Origin: Callorhinchus milii
Taxonomy: Eukaryota
Assembly: GCF_018977255.1 (NCBI RefSeq)
Contig: NW_024704742.1
Span: 119,476,001-119,540,000, forward strand
Length of the DNA: 64,000 bases
Reading direction: 5' to 3'
Below the pieces are notes generated by a model. It saw only the letters and a program-made list of their open reading frames with translations, made no database searches and was not told the DNA's origin. Of this stretch, positions 12,334 through 26,356 are shown piece by piece; within the stretch, counting starts at the first letter, position 1, and each line of letters begins with the position of its first letter. Made by a program: the position numbers and the translations under genes.

Positions 12334-14298
12334 CTGGTGGAACAAGAGAGTGAAGGATTCAAGGAAACATGAAACATATACAGAGAATAAACTATTCAGA
12401 TTCAAACACTATAAATATTAAAACTACTAAAGTGTACATCAATCATGCTGACTTATTGAGTCTGTACCTAAGATTAGCTAAAGAGATTATATAACCTCAT
12501 CTCATGGTTACTACTGTCAACTTATCAGATGAGACTTAACAGGTTTGGTGTTTTTATTATTTTACTTGTAATAAGCAAAACTTTCTGTGAAGCCAGGCTG
12601 AATAAAGTTCCTATTGTATGTATAATAAAACTTATTTTTATTAGGTTCCCTGTAACCTCCACCTCCTTTAAAGCGATCGAGACTGATCTGTGAAAATGCA
12701 TCCCAACTGCACTAAAAATAATAAAATAAATCTTGCATTTGGTATACACCTTTCACATTGGGAGGATGTCCCAAAGTGCTTCACAGGATTTACTGGTAAA
12801 TGAAGTGACTGTCTATTTGTGGATGAACGTAGTTATAGTTCCAAGGGATACAGTTACTACTATACTGCCAAGTGCATAAATTACCATTTTACAAAAGATT
12901 TTACTAAGCAAGCTTGACGGTGAATTCATCTGGAGTAACATTGTCAAATAAAGTTCAATACAGATAAATATAAGGCTCTACATATTGGAAGTAAAAAGGA
13001 CCATTATTCTGTGTACGGGATAGAATTTGTTATAGAGAGAATTGAAACAGACTTACAAACTGCATTAACTAACTTATCAATTACCAAATAGAATAGGTAG
13101 CAATAAACAAAGAAAACTGGATGCTGAGCTGCACTGCCAAATAAATTGAGTTGAAATCCTAGGAATTCATGCTCAATCTGTACAGTACTTTGGTTAGGTT
13201 GCACCTAGAATACCACTTACAATTCTGATCATTGTGATAAAAGGTGCTAAGCCTTAGAGGCAGTGTAGATGAATGAGCTATGAGGAACCCTTGATAATCT
13301 AAAAGCTTTTGAAGCTTTTAAACACAGCCATTTCAGATGGGAACTTAATGACACATAAAAGATGCTTTGTGGAACAATATTTTCAGATACAATAAGGCAG
13401 CAGGACAAGTTGGTACACATTCAGTGTTAAGCACAATTCTTGGTGGACACCAGAAATTATATCCGTACACAGAAGTTATCCATAAATATACAGTCAATTC
13501 ACTTTACAGTATATTCTGTGAAGCGCTTTGAAACGTCTCGAAGACGTGAAAAGTGCTATATCAAATGCAAGGATTATTATTATTATTATCATCATCATTG
13601 GAAGTAACGAATCTCTACTCCCTTCGGTATGAACACATTAGTTTAACATTGTGAAAGATAGGAAGGTTAGTGTAGTGCAGATCAAAGCTTATTCTTAAAA
13701 AAATCAAATTGCTGTTTTTCTGCAAACGGAACTGATTTCCTTTAACAAATTCACTCTTTTCATTCAAATCATTTTATCAACGGGTTCACAAATGAGAAAA
13801 ACATTTGATAAGAGAAACAGAAAAGCTAGCTTGGAAAAATAAGCAGTTGAAACTTAAAAATATAGTTGAACAGCTTTCACCCAGGATCTGAATTCGCAGC
13901 TGGAATATGGATTCAATTTTTGTAGCATCAGATTATTTTCATTTCGCCACTGTAACAGCAGCACCAAATGGCTTATTCTCAAAAGAAATCCATTTTTAAT
14001 AATCAAGCAGGTTTAGAATTATCGATCTATTTCAAAGTTCACTTAAGACGTGGAGATGTAGAACTGTTTTTTTTAAATAAAAACAATCATTTTAAAACAA
14101 AACCTACCATCTTATGAACATTTTAATTGTATTGCTAACACCCAAGAATAAACATCTGTGGCGAACAAAGGATGAATAACTAGCAAAAGCCAAAAGAATG
14201 ATGATTACATTATAGCAGCTTTCAGATTGCGTTCAATTTAATTTTCACACACTGTGCTAATTGCAGAGCCATTAATAATTCGAAACTCTTTACTGTAC

Positions 14299-14400
14299 CT
14301 GTCCCCAGTCTCTCCAGTGGGTTCTGCCTGAGCAGCATAGTAATGAGGTCCTGAGTATCCAGTGGTGGCGTGTCATCCCCTTCGGGCCAGTTTATCTCAT
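14299..14400 (-). CDS. MAST4: MAST4 exon o: DEINWPEGDDTPPLDTQDLITMLLRQNPLERLGT
   Basis: tcttag|ATGAGA...GGACAG|gtacag; 102 nt. Confidence 0.97.
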
Positions 14401-15736
14401 CTAAGAAACCACAAAGGAATAAGTTAGAGCGAAAGGTCTTCACTTAAATTTCACCACTCCTTTAGACTCAGCAAGCCTCAGTGCATTGACAGGATGTCAA
14501 TGTAAAATGTCAGGTAATTTTGTTATTCACTGACCAAGATAAGAGAAATTGGAAGCCGTTTCCGTTCCATGATTTTCAAAAGGGAATGAATTAGAAATGG
14601 TTGAACTGTTCGTTCCTCTTAAAGAATTTGTGTTTGAATAGGACTCATGGGGACGAGGTCGAAAGGCCTTATTCCAGATGTAATTCTGATACTTTGTAAA
14701 TGGATGTGCGTATTGTATGTGCGTTAGTTCAGAAGCATGCCTATTGCACTTTCCTTACATGTGCACCACAAGCAAGTGCAAGTTGCTTACAGTGCACTTT
14801 GTCAATAGGACTGAAGTGTCAAAGGTTCAGAACTGTGCAAAAAGCAATCCGGGCATATTGTCCATTGCAGAACGGGTAGTTTGTGTTTTTTAAAAAAATA
14901 AATTAACTGTTGACAGTAGCTGGTGTAGTGGGAGCTTTCACTGTTTCTTTTAATTAATTTCGAGGAACGAGGGTTGAATCTAATCCAGGTGGGTGAAAGT
15001 CATCTCTCTTCTGTTTGTACGAGTCTTGCACCTAGAAGCCAGGCTGACATCCAAGTTTATAATGCTGCAGAAAAGAATGTTCATCTAAGGTTAGGGATAA
15101 GTCGAAAACACTTTACGGTATATCCTGTTAAGAACTTTGACACGTTTCAATGACGTGATAAGGCACTATATTAATTGCAAGGATTATTATGAACAGGAGG
15201 CAGTGTTGAGTGGAGGCCAGGCAATGTCCGCAGAGGTTGAAGAGACCTGAAAGACAGGTCACATTGGGTGTTTGTACGCATCACTTAGCAGCCAATTACT
15301 CTGTATAACTGGCAATGACTTTGGAGCAGTTCAGCTGCCTGACCTCCTAACTGTTGGGAGTGATGCCACATCAGGACAAGTTTTGTTCAAACACAGATTG
15401 ACTAAAACGTCACTAAGAAATTTCAATGCATATGTGCAACTCTCTGTAGCTTGGTTTCGATAGTGGAGTCTGGCGAAGGGCTTCTGTGCGTCATACACTC
15501 AGCTGACCAAAAACAAACCTCTCCAATTCAAACTGGGCAGCCTAGGAATGGCACAGTGTAACACATATCTGATGGGAGTATTGTCACACAAGGTGTCAAT
15601 GGAAAACAATGCAAAAAGAAAACCAGACAGCAGAATATTTCTGTGTCTTCACTAGCTGTGATGTTGACTTGTGTATTTTCTGATGATTTAATCCAATTGC
15701 GAAGACAACGATTTATTCCATTTCATATTTGTGATC

Positions 15737-15839
15737 TGTTTTTTTCCCCCCAAACCTTGCAACATGAGATGGTGACATCATGCTGGACAAAAGTAAGCAC
15801 GAAACATCTCATGTTGCAAGGTTTGGGGGGAAAAAAACA
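15737..15839. repeat. Perfect 35-bp inverted repeat with a 33-nt spacer
   Basis: 15737-15771 TGTTTTTTTCCCCCCAAACCTTGCAACATGAGATG is the exact reverse complement of 15805-15839. Confidence 0.95.
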
Positions 15840-16374
15840 ACTCACAGCATCAATCCTCAAATAAATAGCAGCTACACCCAATTACCAAGATAAATGTCTC
15901 TGAGACAAAGGCCGATATTATTTGTAGGCAGGTACTGCTTGCAAACTCAAATAAATCTCAACAGGTAGACTCTAATTTTTTTTACTGGTATGTGCTAGCA
16001 AAACAAAGCAAAATTAATAATCACTAAATTTTTAGTTTCCCAGCCTCGTTTGCAACTCTATCAACTGCCTCGGGCTATGGGATTCCATGTAATTAGAGAA
16101 GAAAGTTATTCTGTTTGTTTAGCCAGCAGGTTGCAGTAGATATGTAATTACATCATGTGGAAATGAATATGCAGATGAGCCCTTAGCCACCCACAGCCAT
16201 TCAGTCTCTTAATTAATCACTCAATTCCCTCTGCCTCTCTCACTCTGCAGCAGACAAAACAAGATGGAATGAAATTCACTTGTATGGCTCTGGACAGCTG
16301 TACTATTAGCTGCTGGTGTCTGGACAGTAACTAGATGTCTGTGCGTTTAGAATTCCCAAACAAAATAGATATTA

Positions 16375-16680
16375 TCATAATAATAATAACCTTGCTTTAT
16401 CACGTCTTCGAAACGTCTCAAAGCACTTCATAGAATATACTGTGAAGTGAATTGACTATATTTTGTGGGCGAAACATAGCAGCCAATTGACCACATCAGT
16501 GTCCCGCAAACAGTCTTGGTCATTTACTTTGAAGGAAGTATTACCCTGGAAAAGCGATCTGCCAATTGACTAACAACCAGGTTCCTACTTACTGCCAGGT
16601 AAACAGAGGCGTAGGGAGTAAGAAAACCTTCCCAACGTTTTGCCCTACCGGGAATCGAACCCAGGTCCTCTTGCTTGCGA
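16375..16680 (-). mobile_element. 5'-truncated SINE of the longer subfamily
   Basis: Homologous to 25080-25442; B box GGTTCGATTCCC present. Confidence 0.85.
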
Positions 16681-17451
16681 GACATATTGTGAGAGATGTC
16701 TTTCCTACACCGTGATTTTTCTGTTCTGCAGAAGGCCGTAGCCACAAGTTATATAAAAGCATCCCCATTCCACTTTCTAAATATTAATGAACGATTATAC
16801 TTTGGAATAATTAACTGAAATTGGGAGATGAAGTGGGGCAGATATTAAAAATCCTTTTGATAAAATATGCAAATACAATCCGCTTAAGGAATTTTTGGGG
16901 GGGTGATTTTGAAATCTTTTTGGTGCAAATTCATTAAACCCACGTCAGTTCCCAGTTTAACCAGGTGGGTGTGCACACAGTTAACTGGCATTACGTGACT
17001 GGCAGGTCAGCAGAATGCAGCACACACACTGCAGAGAGAACAAACACAAACAATTCTTTTAATGACAGAACAGCACGCCAATCCACGGGAACACAATCTA
17101 CTTTCAGAGTAGAGTTCCCACCGGTCTGCATGACATACTTCTAATTACTGCAAAAAAAAATCCTATTTGCCTGAGTCCCTCTTACGATGCAATTTACACT
17201 TATATAGCGCCTTTCACGTTGGGAAGATCACCAAAAGCACTCGACAATTCTGGCTGGGCACCGGTGCTGAGGGTTGGACCTGAGGACGGTGAGAATCCTG
17301 TTCCGAAATCGTTGCAATTTACATTCTAATCTTAGGAACTTTTCCACTTTGAACCCAGACCACTTGATGTATTTTCCGTTACAATGATGGTTTGGGTATA
17401 ATCATAATCCTTACATTTGGTTTAGTGCCTTCTACATCAGGAGGCCTCTCA

Positions 17452-17739
<288 letters not shown>

Positions 17740-17894
17740 TTAACAGGACTAGCAACAACAACAACTTGCATTTATAGAGTGCCCCTCACCAGGGCAGCAT
17801 TCCATAGCACTTAGCATGTACTATACAGATAGGTGTTAGCAACAAGACAAGCATGTATAAGTAGTTGTGGCTTATATAGCTCACGATGAGTACT

Positions 17895-18145
17895 ATGTTT
17901 TTCATCAGTTGGGTATCTGACACATGCGGAAATCCATCACCATACTTAAGAGTATCCAAACCAGACAGAGTTTTACATATGCATTCCACCCATATATGGA
18001 GATTTCCTTGTGTCTAGAATGGAGTGTGTACCTTCTCTTATCTAATTCTGGAATGCATCAGCGCTAAGAGACTTAGGGACACCAGAGTGGTGTTTGGATA
18101 ATGCTGCAATTTAACTGAAACTACGTAGTTTGTCATTGAGAGCAG
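17895..18145 (+). repeat. Unclassified ~250-bp dispersed repeat (representative copy; at least 7 in the window)
   Basis: Shared core GGAAAYCCATCACCATGCTTAAGAGTATCCAAACCAGACAG...GGAATGGAATGYRCACTC...GCCAAGGCTTGGGGACCCC...AATGCTGGAGTTTAAC. Confidence 0.75.
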
Positions 18146-18419
18146 CTTTGGCCTTGACCAACTACAACCTTCCTAACCGTTTAGGCTTTGGCTTTCAGGT
18201 TTAACAGGAACCAAATGGGAAGAATACCGGCTCCAGTGACTAGCCTCCAAGTCCTGTTGATGAGCCAGTCTGGCTGGCCTTTCATCAACAGTGCCTTGGA
18301 ATACTGGAGACCCACCTGTCTCAGGAACTAGACTAACTGTACAGGAAGAAATTACAGCTATTTGTTGTCTTTCTAAATGTTGCCTTTCTGAACTGCTCCC
18401 GTCTCCCTTTGATCAAGTT

Positions 18420-18890
18420 CATCTTGTACCTTTATCTCTACCTTTCTGCCTCCACACTCGATTCTAGGACCCTGCTGCTTTAACAGATTCCATGTCAGAC
18501 AGCAAGTCCTAGATAAGCTTTAACTTTCTCCAGCCAACATCAATAAAACGGAGACTATTTTGCTCGGCTCCCTTCAGCGCCTCCTCGCCTCAGGCGCTGA
18601 CCATATTGACCCCACCCCCCACTGGTCTCTCCAACTCACAGAACCTAGGTGCTTTGCTTGAGCCACAACTCTCCTTCAAACCTTTCCTCCAGCCAAATCC
18701 ACTTTCCTCCATTTCTGCAATATCGTCCACCTCTGCTGCTACCTCACGCCTAATGCAGCAGAAAAATCTCATCCATGCTTTTATCTCCTCCAGTCTCTGA
18801 CTTTTCCAATGTCTTGCTCACTGGCCTCCCTTCCACAAACTCCAGATCATCCACACGTCTACAGCCAAGATTCTCTCCCACACCAAGTTT
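18420..18890 (+). mobile_element. Old L2 ORF2 fragment
   Basis: Decayed match to 62850-63230 (ctctacctttctgcctccacactcgattctaggacc...catgcttttatctcctccag). Confidence 0.7.
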
Positions 18891-20816
18891 CACGAGCAAA
18901 CACCCAGCAACAGTAACTATGTAAGTCAAATTATTGTTGTTTAAATTGTATTAGTGCATGTTAAAATAGTTAGTAGCAGAATATAGTTTGTATCTACCTT
19001 CTTCTGTATTGTGTGTGGAAACAGCAAGAATGGTAAAAGCAACTTTATTATTTAAGAGACCAGATTGCAAGTGTTTGGTAATGACGCGTGCTGAAAGGAA
19101 ATGGGCCATATCGTGGATTTAATACCCTTTATTGGTGCAGTATATCATGGGCTTCAGAGGTACACTGCCAAGATTACAATTTATATCATGACATTGCTCC
19201 ATTTACTCCTCCATTGATTCCTGCTATTTATTTTCGATAACATCTATTATTTATGGATGAGAGAGGGTAACTGGTCTCAAAATCTGAAAATGGCCAGATA
19301 TCAAAGGCGAGGGTGCTTTAGACATTTTTTGCACTACCAAATGCCCTGTTTATACAAGCACATTATTTATAATACGACTGATGATTTTATAGACACCAAA
19401 ACCTCTTAAAAAGATTCCAATATTTCTTCCCTAACAAATGATGCATATATTCAAATTGTTTTGAACTCAACATTTCCAGCAAATCCAACAATTTCCTCTT
19501 TTCTTTCTTCTTCCCTTATTTTAATCCCTTATTTTAAACATTGAGATAGATTTTTTAAAAATTCTTCGCATCTCTTTCTCTATTACTCCTGCTTGTTCCA
19601 CACATTCTGCCTTTTGCTCTTTCTATACCAACTGATCATGTTCCGAAACACTCACATTTTGGTGCATTGTGCTACGTCCCTACAAATGTGCATGCAGGAA
19701 TGCTGCTCGCGGGAATCACAGTTCATATTAAATTAGGTTGATAGCTGTGAGCGCTGGTGTTCCCTTGCACTGAAATTCCTTGTGACCTGACAAGAACCGG
19801 AATCCACACATTAAACACTGAACTCCTATTGATATTCATTTAGTTAAACGTGCTCAGCAATTTCATTTAACCCTCTAAATACTAATAGAGGATTTGAATA
19901 TAAAGGGATTGGAATTAATCCATTTCGAGAATACTGTGGGGAATCTAACTTGGCTCTGAATTTTTCCAGTGTTTTCATACCATGCTAGAAAGTAATGAAA
20001 AATAATCTCTTTAAAATGTATTACCCAAAGAATTAAAAGGCAATACATAAGACAGACATTTACCAAACAAAGATCTGCATTATTAGTTTCCAACAGGAAA
20101 CATTGCCTTTGGGTAGATTTGAAATTACGAGCAATTACAATAAAATACTTTATTGAGTAACACCTAATTATTTGGACCTTGTTCTATGTTCATTGTTCTA
20201 AATTCAAAATCTATGTATGTAGTTTTAGCTGCATAAACTTCAGCAGTTTCCCAATGCACATTTTGGGGGTCCCCAAGCCTTGGCTCTCGCTAACTCTCCA
20301 GAAATGGGTAAACAAGGTACATCCCTCCTGAGAGAGAGTGCACATTTCATTCTACACGCAGTAAAATTCCCATGGGTACTTGGCATACATATGTGGAATA
20401 CTGTCTGGTTTGAATACCCTTTAAGCACGATGATGGGTTTCCGCGAATATCAAGAGACCCAGCTGAACAAAATCAAACAAATGTTTTCTAAATTACCAAT
20501 TACTTTCTCCGCTTAAAATTTTGGTGCAGAGTTTGCGGACACAAATCAAACACTACTCTGATCACGTAGTCTTGCTTGAGACTTGAAAAACTTGAGGTTA
20601 AAAATTCCAGCTAGTAGTAGCCTCCAAGATGAATAGTCTTTAACACTTTAAGTTGTAGTAAATTCTTAAATGGAGGCTTAACTTAGAGGCTAGTTTCCAC
20701 AGTTCTTAAAAAGAACTGCCTTAAGTGACCACATTTCTTTTGGTGGGGGTGGATTTTTATTATAATCACCATACATTAGATGGACATTTCCTATAATAAT
20801 CATGTGTGGTTCATAC

Positions 20817-20949
20817 CTGCTTGTCTAGGAATTCTCTGGCATCCTTCTCAATGTGTCCCTCGTAAAGGTTAGTGGTCATGTTCATCAGCCCAACTTTTGA
20901 CAGTCCAAAGTCAGTCAGCTTTATATGACCTAAAGATGTTACAAGCAAA
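20817..20949 (-). CDS. MAST4: MAST4 exon m: [44 protein letters not shown]
   Basis: ctgtag|TTTGCT...AAGCAG|gtatga; 133 nt; DFG motif. Confidence 0.98.
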
Positions 20950-23900
20950 CTACAGAGAAGAAAACACAGTTCAGCTCTCCAAAACCAGCAATTTTATATG
21001 AAAACTGTAGGCACAATTTTATATTAAAAATTATAGGTACAATTTTATATTAACAATAAAAGATTACTGCTAATATATTCTGAATGCTGGCAGTTTTCAA
21101 GTTCAAAATTGGGCCTAATCATAAAATAACCATATTATAATAGTTCTATAAAATAAATAAACCAAGATTATGGTGGCATTTGATAAACTGCTTACACCTG
21201 AAATCAGAATGAAAAAACTTTAAGATTGTTACCAATATCGACAATAATCGGATGGCACAGAAATTGGCCATATTTTAGCACTTGAAAAGCTGCTTGGTGT
21301 TTTGAAATGAGCTGGCCAGCTTTCTGCTAGATTGTTTGGGGTAAGTAAATGTCCCCACCCCAATCATGTTAGGAGTGAACCCACAGTGTAATGAAGCAGG
21401 TTTTAAATGTCACCCCATCACGATACACCTGACAAAACAAACGAAGTAAACATTTGTATGTCAGCAAGAAAAGGTACTGGAATCTCCAGGCTAACTTGTC
21501 AGTCTCTGTTCTGACACACACATTACTTGGAATCACTCCCAATCAGATGCTGCCTGTAAAATTCCTCCACACTGTGGATGTCGAAACACAATATGCCTCT
21601 AAGAGATCTGCAGATTTGTCTCAACCTGTCAAAACGATCCCTGTCAAACATATTGATTATGCCCTTTGCTGATTTACAACTTTGTTTGCAGTAAGTTACA
21701 ATTGATCGGTTTCGGGGATAGAGATGGTTTTTATTTCCCAGTGACTTGGAATAACAACATGGGCCTTTGCCCAAGATCATTTTCAGATTCTTCACCTTTA
21801 CTTGCCAACAGATGGAACAATGACCTTTAAAAATTGGCTTTCAAATACCCAAAGGTTTATTGCACTCAATTACTTTGTGTAGTTTTGACAAATGAAAAAT
21901 TTGGTTAGAGGTCATAGTCTTTCATCTTTCTGCTCATCTCTATTCTCTGGGGACTGTGTGTTGATGTCTGGGCTTTGCAGGAACTTCGTTTTCTAGCGAG
22001 AGTTATCTAATGAAATCATCATCAGCCTTCAGATATTGGAGAGTTTATGCTCTCCTATAAATACAGTGAAAGTGTGGACATATGGACTATCAACAGCACT
22101 GAATTATGATGTTACGTCCTCCATTGGAGTTACCTCCTCTAAAGTAAACCTTGCATTTGATAGTACAATAATACTTTCATTTAATATTGCACCATATCAC
22201 ATCTTCCAAAACGTCTCAAAGCACTTCACAGGATTTGACTGTAAAATGTAGTGACTGTTTTTTTTCCACACAGTAATCAGCCATTAAGTGAATGATCAAT
22301 TGTGACTGATATGTCTCAAAGGACTTCACAGAGGTTTTATGTAAAGTGTAGTATTTGTAGGGGAGTTTTATCAGATTATGAGGTACAGAGAGAGAGAACA
22401 TTGTAAGGGAGTCTAAAATATTGTGAGGCAGAGATTTTATAGATGTGAACAGGTCATTTAACATGGGAGTACAGAACTAGACATACAAAATGAACAAGTT
22501 ACAACTACAATTAGAATCTGTGTCCAGCTTCCAGTAGAGACAACAGTGTATTGATTAATTTCTTTATAAAAGAGCTAGATAAAAAACTGGTTGAGAATAG
22601 AATTGAAGGTTATAAGTACAAGCAACACAATACTCCATGGACCACAATGTGTCTTGTGCTGTTGGAATCAATGAATTCTCATCTGTCACAAGCAACCACA
22701 GTAAACTCCTGATAAGTCAACCCTGGCTTAACTTGTCACTACCACTTAAGTCATTGTGCTGTCACTATCCCAGGTACATTTATTTATGTATATATACACA
22801 TGCCTAACACACTACTCCAGATAACTCGTCACCACCGAGTCCTTTTCACTTGGAGTGACATGAGTTTATTGTAGTTGGGGTTGATTAGTTAAACAGACTT
22901 TCATTGAATATCAATGGGCAAATTAGATCCCATGTCAGGGTCTTGGAATGTACTGTCTGGACTGACTCTCCAATAGATTGCCAGGCGAGCAATGAAGTTG
23001 ATATTGCTATCCTTTAAATGAGACATTAAACAGAAGTTTTGTTTGTCTGTCCAGGTAGACATTAAAGATCCCTTGATACTTTTCAAAAAGAGGAGGGAGT
23101 TTCTCCTGGTGTCCTGGTCAACAATCCCCCCAAATTAAAAAAAAGTGTAATTCATTTCATGGCTATTTGTGCACACATTGATTGCTGCGTACATCTACAA
23201 AATACATAGTCACTACACTTTACAGTAAATCCTGTGAAGCACTTTGAGACATCTCAACAACGTGATACGATGCTATGTATATCAAATGCAAGAATAGCGT
23301 GACATCCCCAGACCTATGCTGGAGTATCAGCCAAGGCTCTGTTAGGGAAGCAACACGAATAATAAATCTGTAATGTCATTTTAATGTCACTTTTACATTG
23401 TGGTTGTGGAGACTTGAAATACAGCACCAAACTGGAGGTTGCTCCATTTTTTTTTTTATTTCCACAAATTTCCAAAGACCACTACACACAAGTGACATAT
23501 AATGGGCATACCAAAAGTTAAGTTTGTGCGATCTCCTCTAGTCCAGGACATATGCCTGAAATATAAGGTAACTTTACTTTCGATCTTTTCCCATCTCTGC
23601 TGTTGATATTTGAGTAATGAAGATTGCGCAAATACATTTCTAATGGCATTTCACGTACAGACAAATGTCTCGATACACCAGGCAGGCTTGCCTCGGGAGG
23701 CAAACTCTTAATCAAAAAGCAGCAAAAAATAATTTGTAGCCATGTACTGACGCACGTGAATTAACAAGTGGCATTTAGGATTGAATTGTATGCAACCTTT
23801 TAGGGACTGAGCAAGAGAATTTTTCCATTTTATGAGGTCATTGCAGCTCTTTAGCTTTCTAATTTAACTACCCACATTTTCATTGCTTCCCTCAATGCCC

Positions 23901-25079
23901 TGATTTTCCAAATACAGTACGTAACTTCTCCCTCTTAAACACCTCACTCGATTCAGCGGCTACAGCCATCTCTTAGTGAAGCCTTTTTTTAAAAAAATGT
24001 AACCAGTTTAGCTAAGCGTTTTAGATTATTTAGGAGTAAAGCAGCATTTTATTAATCAATTCTAAGACAACAAAATTTGCCTACAAAATAAACAGTCGTT
24101 ACACTTTCCAATAATTCCAGTGAGACTGCTTTGAGACATCTTCCTGACTGACAGGCACAATATCAAATGTAAAGATTATTATTATTATAACATGTGCTTT
24201 CGATCGAAACCCATCTAAACAAAGAAGTGTTAGGCATCAAGCGGTGTAATCTCCTTATTATACCATAATGCCTGAAGTAAAAACTTGATCAGGAAACACA
24301 GGAACAACAACAACAACATTACATTTATAGAGTGCCTTTCACGTCGGGAGGATGTCCCAAAGGAAATGAAACAAATGAAACCAACAGAACCTTGAAACCT
24401 GATAGAAACAAAGCATGGTGTAGATATTACTGATGACAGGTCCGAAATTAAAACAGCTGAAACTAACCACTTATATATTCACCTTTACATCATGTAGAAA
24501 TTAAGATCGAGTAATTCAAAAAGGCATTAAACTATATTGAAGTGAAAAAGGTGAAACAGTACTGGGTGAGATTTTGTAGTAAGCAGACAAAGGTAATACC
24601 AACTACAGTGTAGCTCCACCATAATGTACTTCACTATCATAAAAATTCACTCATCAAGATTGCACTGTGGACTCCATTCATTGCACACACAAACATATGA
24701 TAAGGCTGCCCTGCATTATTGAAAAACTTATTGCACTTTTGTCCACACAGGTGTATGCGGAAAGTGGGAATTACATTGGCAGCGACCATATAATGACCCA
24801 ATAGTCAGCCATTTTAGTTTCCTGTGCTAAACAAAATGGCCAACTTCCAGATCATCAGGTCCTGCTTTGAGTGTGCACAACAAACAAAGTAGCATCCAGG
24901 TAATCCTGGCCAAAACCAGCCAATGAGCGGGGAGCAGGTCAGTCAACTGTGCACGGACACAATCAATTCCCCAACTATCAGTGAATTAATGCGTCAACTT
25001 CTGTGAAATTGCAAAACCTGAGAACACAAGGAAACAGCGAGTTCACAGCAAAGCTCAATTTGCATATCATGGTCTGCTA

Positions 25080-25442
25080 AAATAACAATAATTCTTGCAT
25101 TTGATATCACGTCTTATCACGTTTTCGAGGTGTTTCAAAGCGCTTCACACAATATACTGTATAGTGAATTGACTATATATTTTGTGGGCGAAACGTGGCA
25201 GACAATTGCAAGTAGCAGTGTCCCACAAACAGTCGTGGATTGAGTGATCAATTTTTTTTTTTGAAGGAATTATTACCCCAGAAAAATGATCCACTGATCG
25301 ACTAACAACCGGGTTCCTACTTACTGCTAGGTAACAGAGGCATGTGGAGTAAGGAAACTTGCCCAACATTTTGCCCTGCTGAGAATCAAATCCAGGTCTC
25401 TTGCTTGCAAGGCGAGTGCTCTAACTACTGAACTGCAGGGCC
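25080..25442 (-). mobile_element. tRNA-headed SINE, longer subfamily with an extra central segment
   Basis: Same head and tail as the young copies plus gcctctgttacctagcagtaagtaggaacccggttgttagtc. Confidence 0.88.
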
Positions 25443-26324
25443 AAAGTTTACAAGTCAGCAGCTTTAATAACTCACAGAGCATCACAGTCTAAACATAGCA
25501 TCTACAGCCAAATGAGCTAACTGAGAAAACGACAAAATAGCAAACAACCTTTTTTAAAAAGTTTTTTTTTCGGAAAAGCATCTGCAATGGCTTTTTTGGA
25601 CCATCATTATACTTCAAAGTGACTTCATATGCCCTTCAGTTCAGAGCTTAATGGGCAGGACAACCAAAGCTTTAATGCCAAGAAATTCTTGGAGCTGAGT
25701 GCACTAGTTCCTGTATTGGAATATTGGCCGAGACTGTGAGCTAATGTCTCAAAGTACAGCATGAACCCACAAAGGGAGGCTGCTACCAACTGAGCCAGGT
25801 TCGACTAATTTAAGGTTTACCTTAATTGATGCGCTTTTGTTGTAAACATGGACGAATGCACTTACGTGAATATTATATGCCTATTTTGGTAAAAACGGGC
25901 ACTGAAAATAAGGACTAAATGCAATTTTAGGGAACCTACCTATATTGACAATGCAGCGTATATTTATACACTAGACAGTCACGTGGTAGCTTGTGAATCA
26001 CCCTGAGACCACGTGTGCTTGCAAGCAAAACTTTTGTATAGCTGGACCATCCAGAACGGAGACAGTCTCATTGTTACATTCAACCTATTTTAACAGTGCG
26101 GAATGGTCCTATGTTACTGACAACAGGAAATACCATGCTTACAAAAGTCTATACAGCATATTTTATGTCTACCATTCGATTTGTCGATAAAATATACAGC
26201 CAATGCACTTTACAGTATTTTCTGTGAAGTGCTGTGAGACGTCTCGGAGATGTGATAAGGCGCTACATCAAATGCAAGAATTATTATTATCTTTTTGATG
26301 CAGTGAATCCAAACAAAGTAAGAC

Positions 26325-26356
<32 letters not shown>
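26325..26356 (+). repeat. (AGTT)n microsatellite
   Basis: About 8 tandem AGTT units. Confidence 0.9.

Noticed and set aside
21007..21060. Short tandem duplications (also about 50684-50718 and 55289-55310)
   Set aside because: Ordinary slippage duplications with no further structure.
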